Shown: one piece after another, positions 61,388 to 64,000 of the stretch
Position numbering within the stretch: the first letter of the stretch is position 1
Layout of the letters: every line of letters begins with the position of its first letter
The notes under the pieces: model-generated
What the model was told of the DNA's origin: nothing
The model's input: only the letters and a program-made list of their open reading frames with translations
Databases searched by the model: none
Position numbers and translations under genes: made by a program
Source of the DNA: Glycera tridactyla
Taxonomy: Eukaryota
DNA length: 64,000 nt
Direction: 5' to 3'
NCBI GenBank assembly: GCA_965644265.1
Contig: OZ286464.1
Coordinates: forward strand, 46,376,001-46,440,000

Positions 61388-63585
61388 TTATCAATCGTGG
61401 CACACATAATCACCTGAGTTGATACATGCCGTTAAACCTTAAACCTTGATGACTCCGCACAGTACTCATCTTGGACAGTGTCTCGCACAGTGTCTCAGTT
61501 TGGTTGTGCACCGGACTGGTGCATTCGCTCGATTCAAATACTTGATTCGAGTGAAGGTAAATTGCTACCAGGCTTCTATCCTGTTGCCTACAGTCGGAGC
61601 TGCATCAGACAGTGGCCTTTGTGGACTGGTTGACTTTGAAGAGAGGCTGTCCCCGGTATAACTCTTCTGTCAAATCCAAATGTGGCGGGTACGTTTCAGA
61701 CGCTTCGTCATTTCTTGTCCGAATTTGATCATAATGGCACGGATGGGTTGTGTTGGTCTTCCGGCGATCATCGAAACTGGTTTCAGGTGCCCAGAAAGCT
61801 TTTGAAGAGGGTGGGCCATAATTTCATTTCATTTTTTCCAGCGTATCTACCGTCATTATCGCTGAATATTTGTATGCAAAACCGTGGAGATACGGCCACC
61901 GCAATTGACATATTTGGCGTTCTAGAGTGAAATATACAAGGGGACTCCGAATCGTCGGAGATGTCAACAATATGTGTCAGTGAGCTTCATTCCAATCCGA
62001 TGCGAATTTGCGATGCTAGGGCGAAAAACGTACCCGTCACGATTAGAGTTGAAGGGATATCTTGGGTTGGGTGACATTGTTGGCAGGTGGTTTGTATATA
62101 GAGGTTGTCACTCGAACAGGTACGACCATAGTCTGACAAGCTCTCTGACTCTGGTTTCCAATCATATGTTCGGAGCAAGGTTCGGAGTTTGTGGAAGTGA
62201 TTACATCAGGGACAGATCATGGACAAGGGACACGTGCCATTACACTACTAAGCCGGTTTCACACGCAGACCGGCAGTAAATCCGTCTCCAATCCGCGTCA
62301 TTCTGCCTCATTCCTTGTCAGACCACGAGTGTAAATTTTTCCGGGTCCAAGTTTTTAGATGGTCCTAAAATCTTGGCCACGGAAAAGCTGTCTGTCTCCC
62401 AACCGTGATGAATCTGTCTCTTTCTGCGATAAAACTGCGGCAATTTCACCATAGTTTTCACAAGGTTTGAAGCAGGATTAGACACGTATTGCCTGAGGTT
62501 GAGAGACAGACTGACAAGATTTTAATACAGAATGGGAGTGATGGTGGTGGTGGGGAGGGTGGTGGTGGTGTTTGAAGTAGAATGCTATCAGCCAGTAGTA
62601 TATGTCGCCGTTTTCCTTCTACAAACCGTGTCATTGGTTTTGCTTTTACACTGAACCGATTTCATTAGAAATTCTGTCGCCAATCAGCCGCAGATTATGT
62701 GGGGTATTCACCGCGAACTCGGCTGCCGACCGCGTTAGTGTAAAGGCAGCATTAGAAGGATTTCTGTCGGTACAAGCACGCATCTTCAGCGAAGACTAAG
62801 ATCTGCAGATCATTCTAAATCCCGCATGAGGGACCCCTATCGTCGACCTAGTTATACAACTGAAATCATCCGAGGACATCTGGTGGCGAGACAGGGAGAA
62901 AGTTCACGGTGACACTGCTCCCTAGATGGCGACGCGCTCAAATGAGAACTGGTACGAACGAATGAGTAGATGAAATAATTGATCAAATAATCAATCAATG
63001 AACGAATCAATGAACGAATGAACGAATCAGTGATTCGAATTATCAATTGATTACTCGATTAATTAATGGATGAATGAATGAATTATGGCTGGTTATTTGG
63101 ATGTTTCACGTCTCGTGAGCACTATCTGGGCTATATTGAGATGCTCATGCAATGGGCATTGGTGGGATCATTCAAGACTCCTTTTTCGTTTTTTTCCAAA
63201 AGAAGGTGAAATTCGTGATATTCACATCCACATGATATTCACATCCACAAGTAGAAAGAAATGATGAAAGTATTGGAGCTGGATGCTGTCCTCTGCAGTG
63301 CTGCGCTTTGCCCAACATGAAACCATTACTATCAGGCTTGAGTGTCAGCTTCCAGCCAGTTACATAGTTAGGTAGGCAATCATTAGATTCACTTTGTTTA
63401 TGTCGAGTAGGTAGAGTTGTGTCTGATCAGTAATGAAAGGAGGAAGGAAGGAAGCAGGGGGTGAAGGGAAGAATGAAGGAAGGAATAAGCAAGCAATGAA
63501 GGAAAAAAGGAATGTATCCGCCACAGACTATGTAACATTTGTGCAAGTCCAATTGTCTTCACAACTAGCTGGATAGTCAAATATA

Positions 63586-63762
63586 CAATCGAACCTCCTC
63601 TAAAGACCACCTCTCTATAAAGACCCCCACCCCCATAAAGTCCACCCTGAGCTGCGACCGTGGTAGTATTTTCAATAGTAAATGACCTCTATGAAGACCA
63701 CCTCCCTATAAAGGCCACATTTTAATGCAACTGAAGGCGGTCTTGATAGAGAAGTTTGACTG
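63586..63762. mobile_element. MITE (AAGACCACC subfamily)
   Basis: TA-CAATCGAACCTC...GTTTGACTG-TA; internal sequence like the 42490 copy. Confidence 0.75.
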
Positions 63763-64000
63763 TACGTTATATACGTACCATGGTCTCGGCTTTATATGAA
63801 TCTTACTGTATGTAGCCTATGTTCTTGATATCATTCCTTGTTGTCAATGAGTCGTAAGAATATTCCCTGCTCCCCTCCTCACACATCCTCCAACTCCATA
63901 TTTCTTCATAAATCCCCACCTCATTTCTACTACTCACCACTAGTCTGCCCATAAATAAAATATGCAACAGCTTCATACCACTCATGCTTTCCCCCATACC

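Noticed and set aside
62250-62760. Possible Harbinger-type MITE (TTTACACT...AGTGTAAA)
   Set aside because: The inverted match is short and I could not define a TSD.

Overview
Eukaryotic genomic DNA from an invertebrate animal: AT-rich, repeat-dense, with GT-AG introns and three N-gaps. The left ~39 kb holds one + strand gene of about 28 exons (~8056-39113). It encodes a ~1400-aa coiled-coil protein whose C-terminus resembles PMFBP1. Its introns carry a decayed intron-containing hAT-like transposase, a 30-bp minisatellite, a Helentron/DINE-like element with a 147-bp tandem array, and many TA-flanked MITEs. The main finding is an 8,080-bp Merlin (IS1595-related) DNA transposon at 46326-54405, defined by an exact 8-bp target-site duplication (GCGATCTG) and imperfect ~200-bp TIRs. 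It encodes an uninterrupted 316-aa DDE transposase on the minus strand. It also carries convergently oriented cargo: a 119-aa ORF with a by-eye resemblance to the primase large-subunit C-terminal/PriX fold, a Cys-rich ORF and a Ser/Thr/Pro-rich ORF separated by one base in a C11 run, splice signals linking these ORFs, and a central ~1.3-kb array of double hairpins. The right end holds a 42-bp palindrome and remnants of a LINE, a DIRS-like retroelement and SINE-like repeats. All family assignments come from motif recognition by eye; no searches were run.
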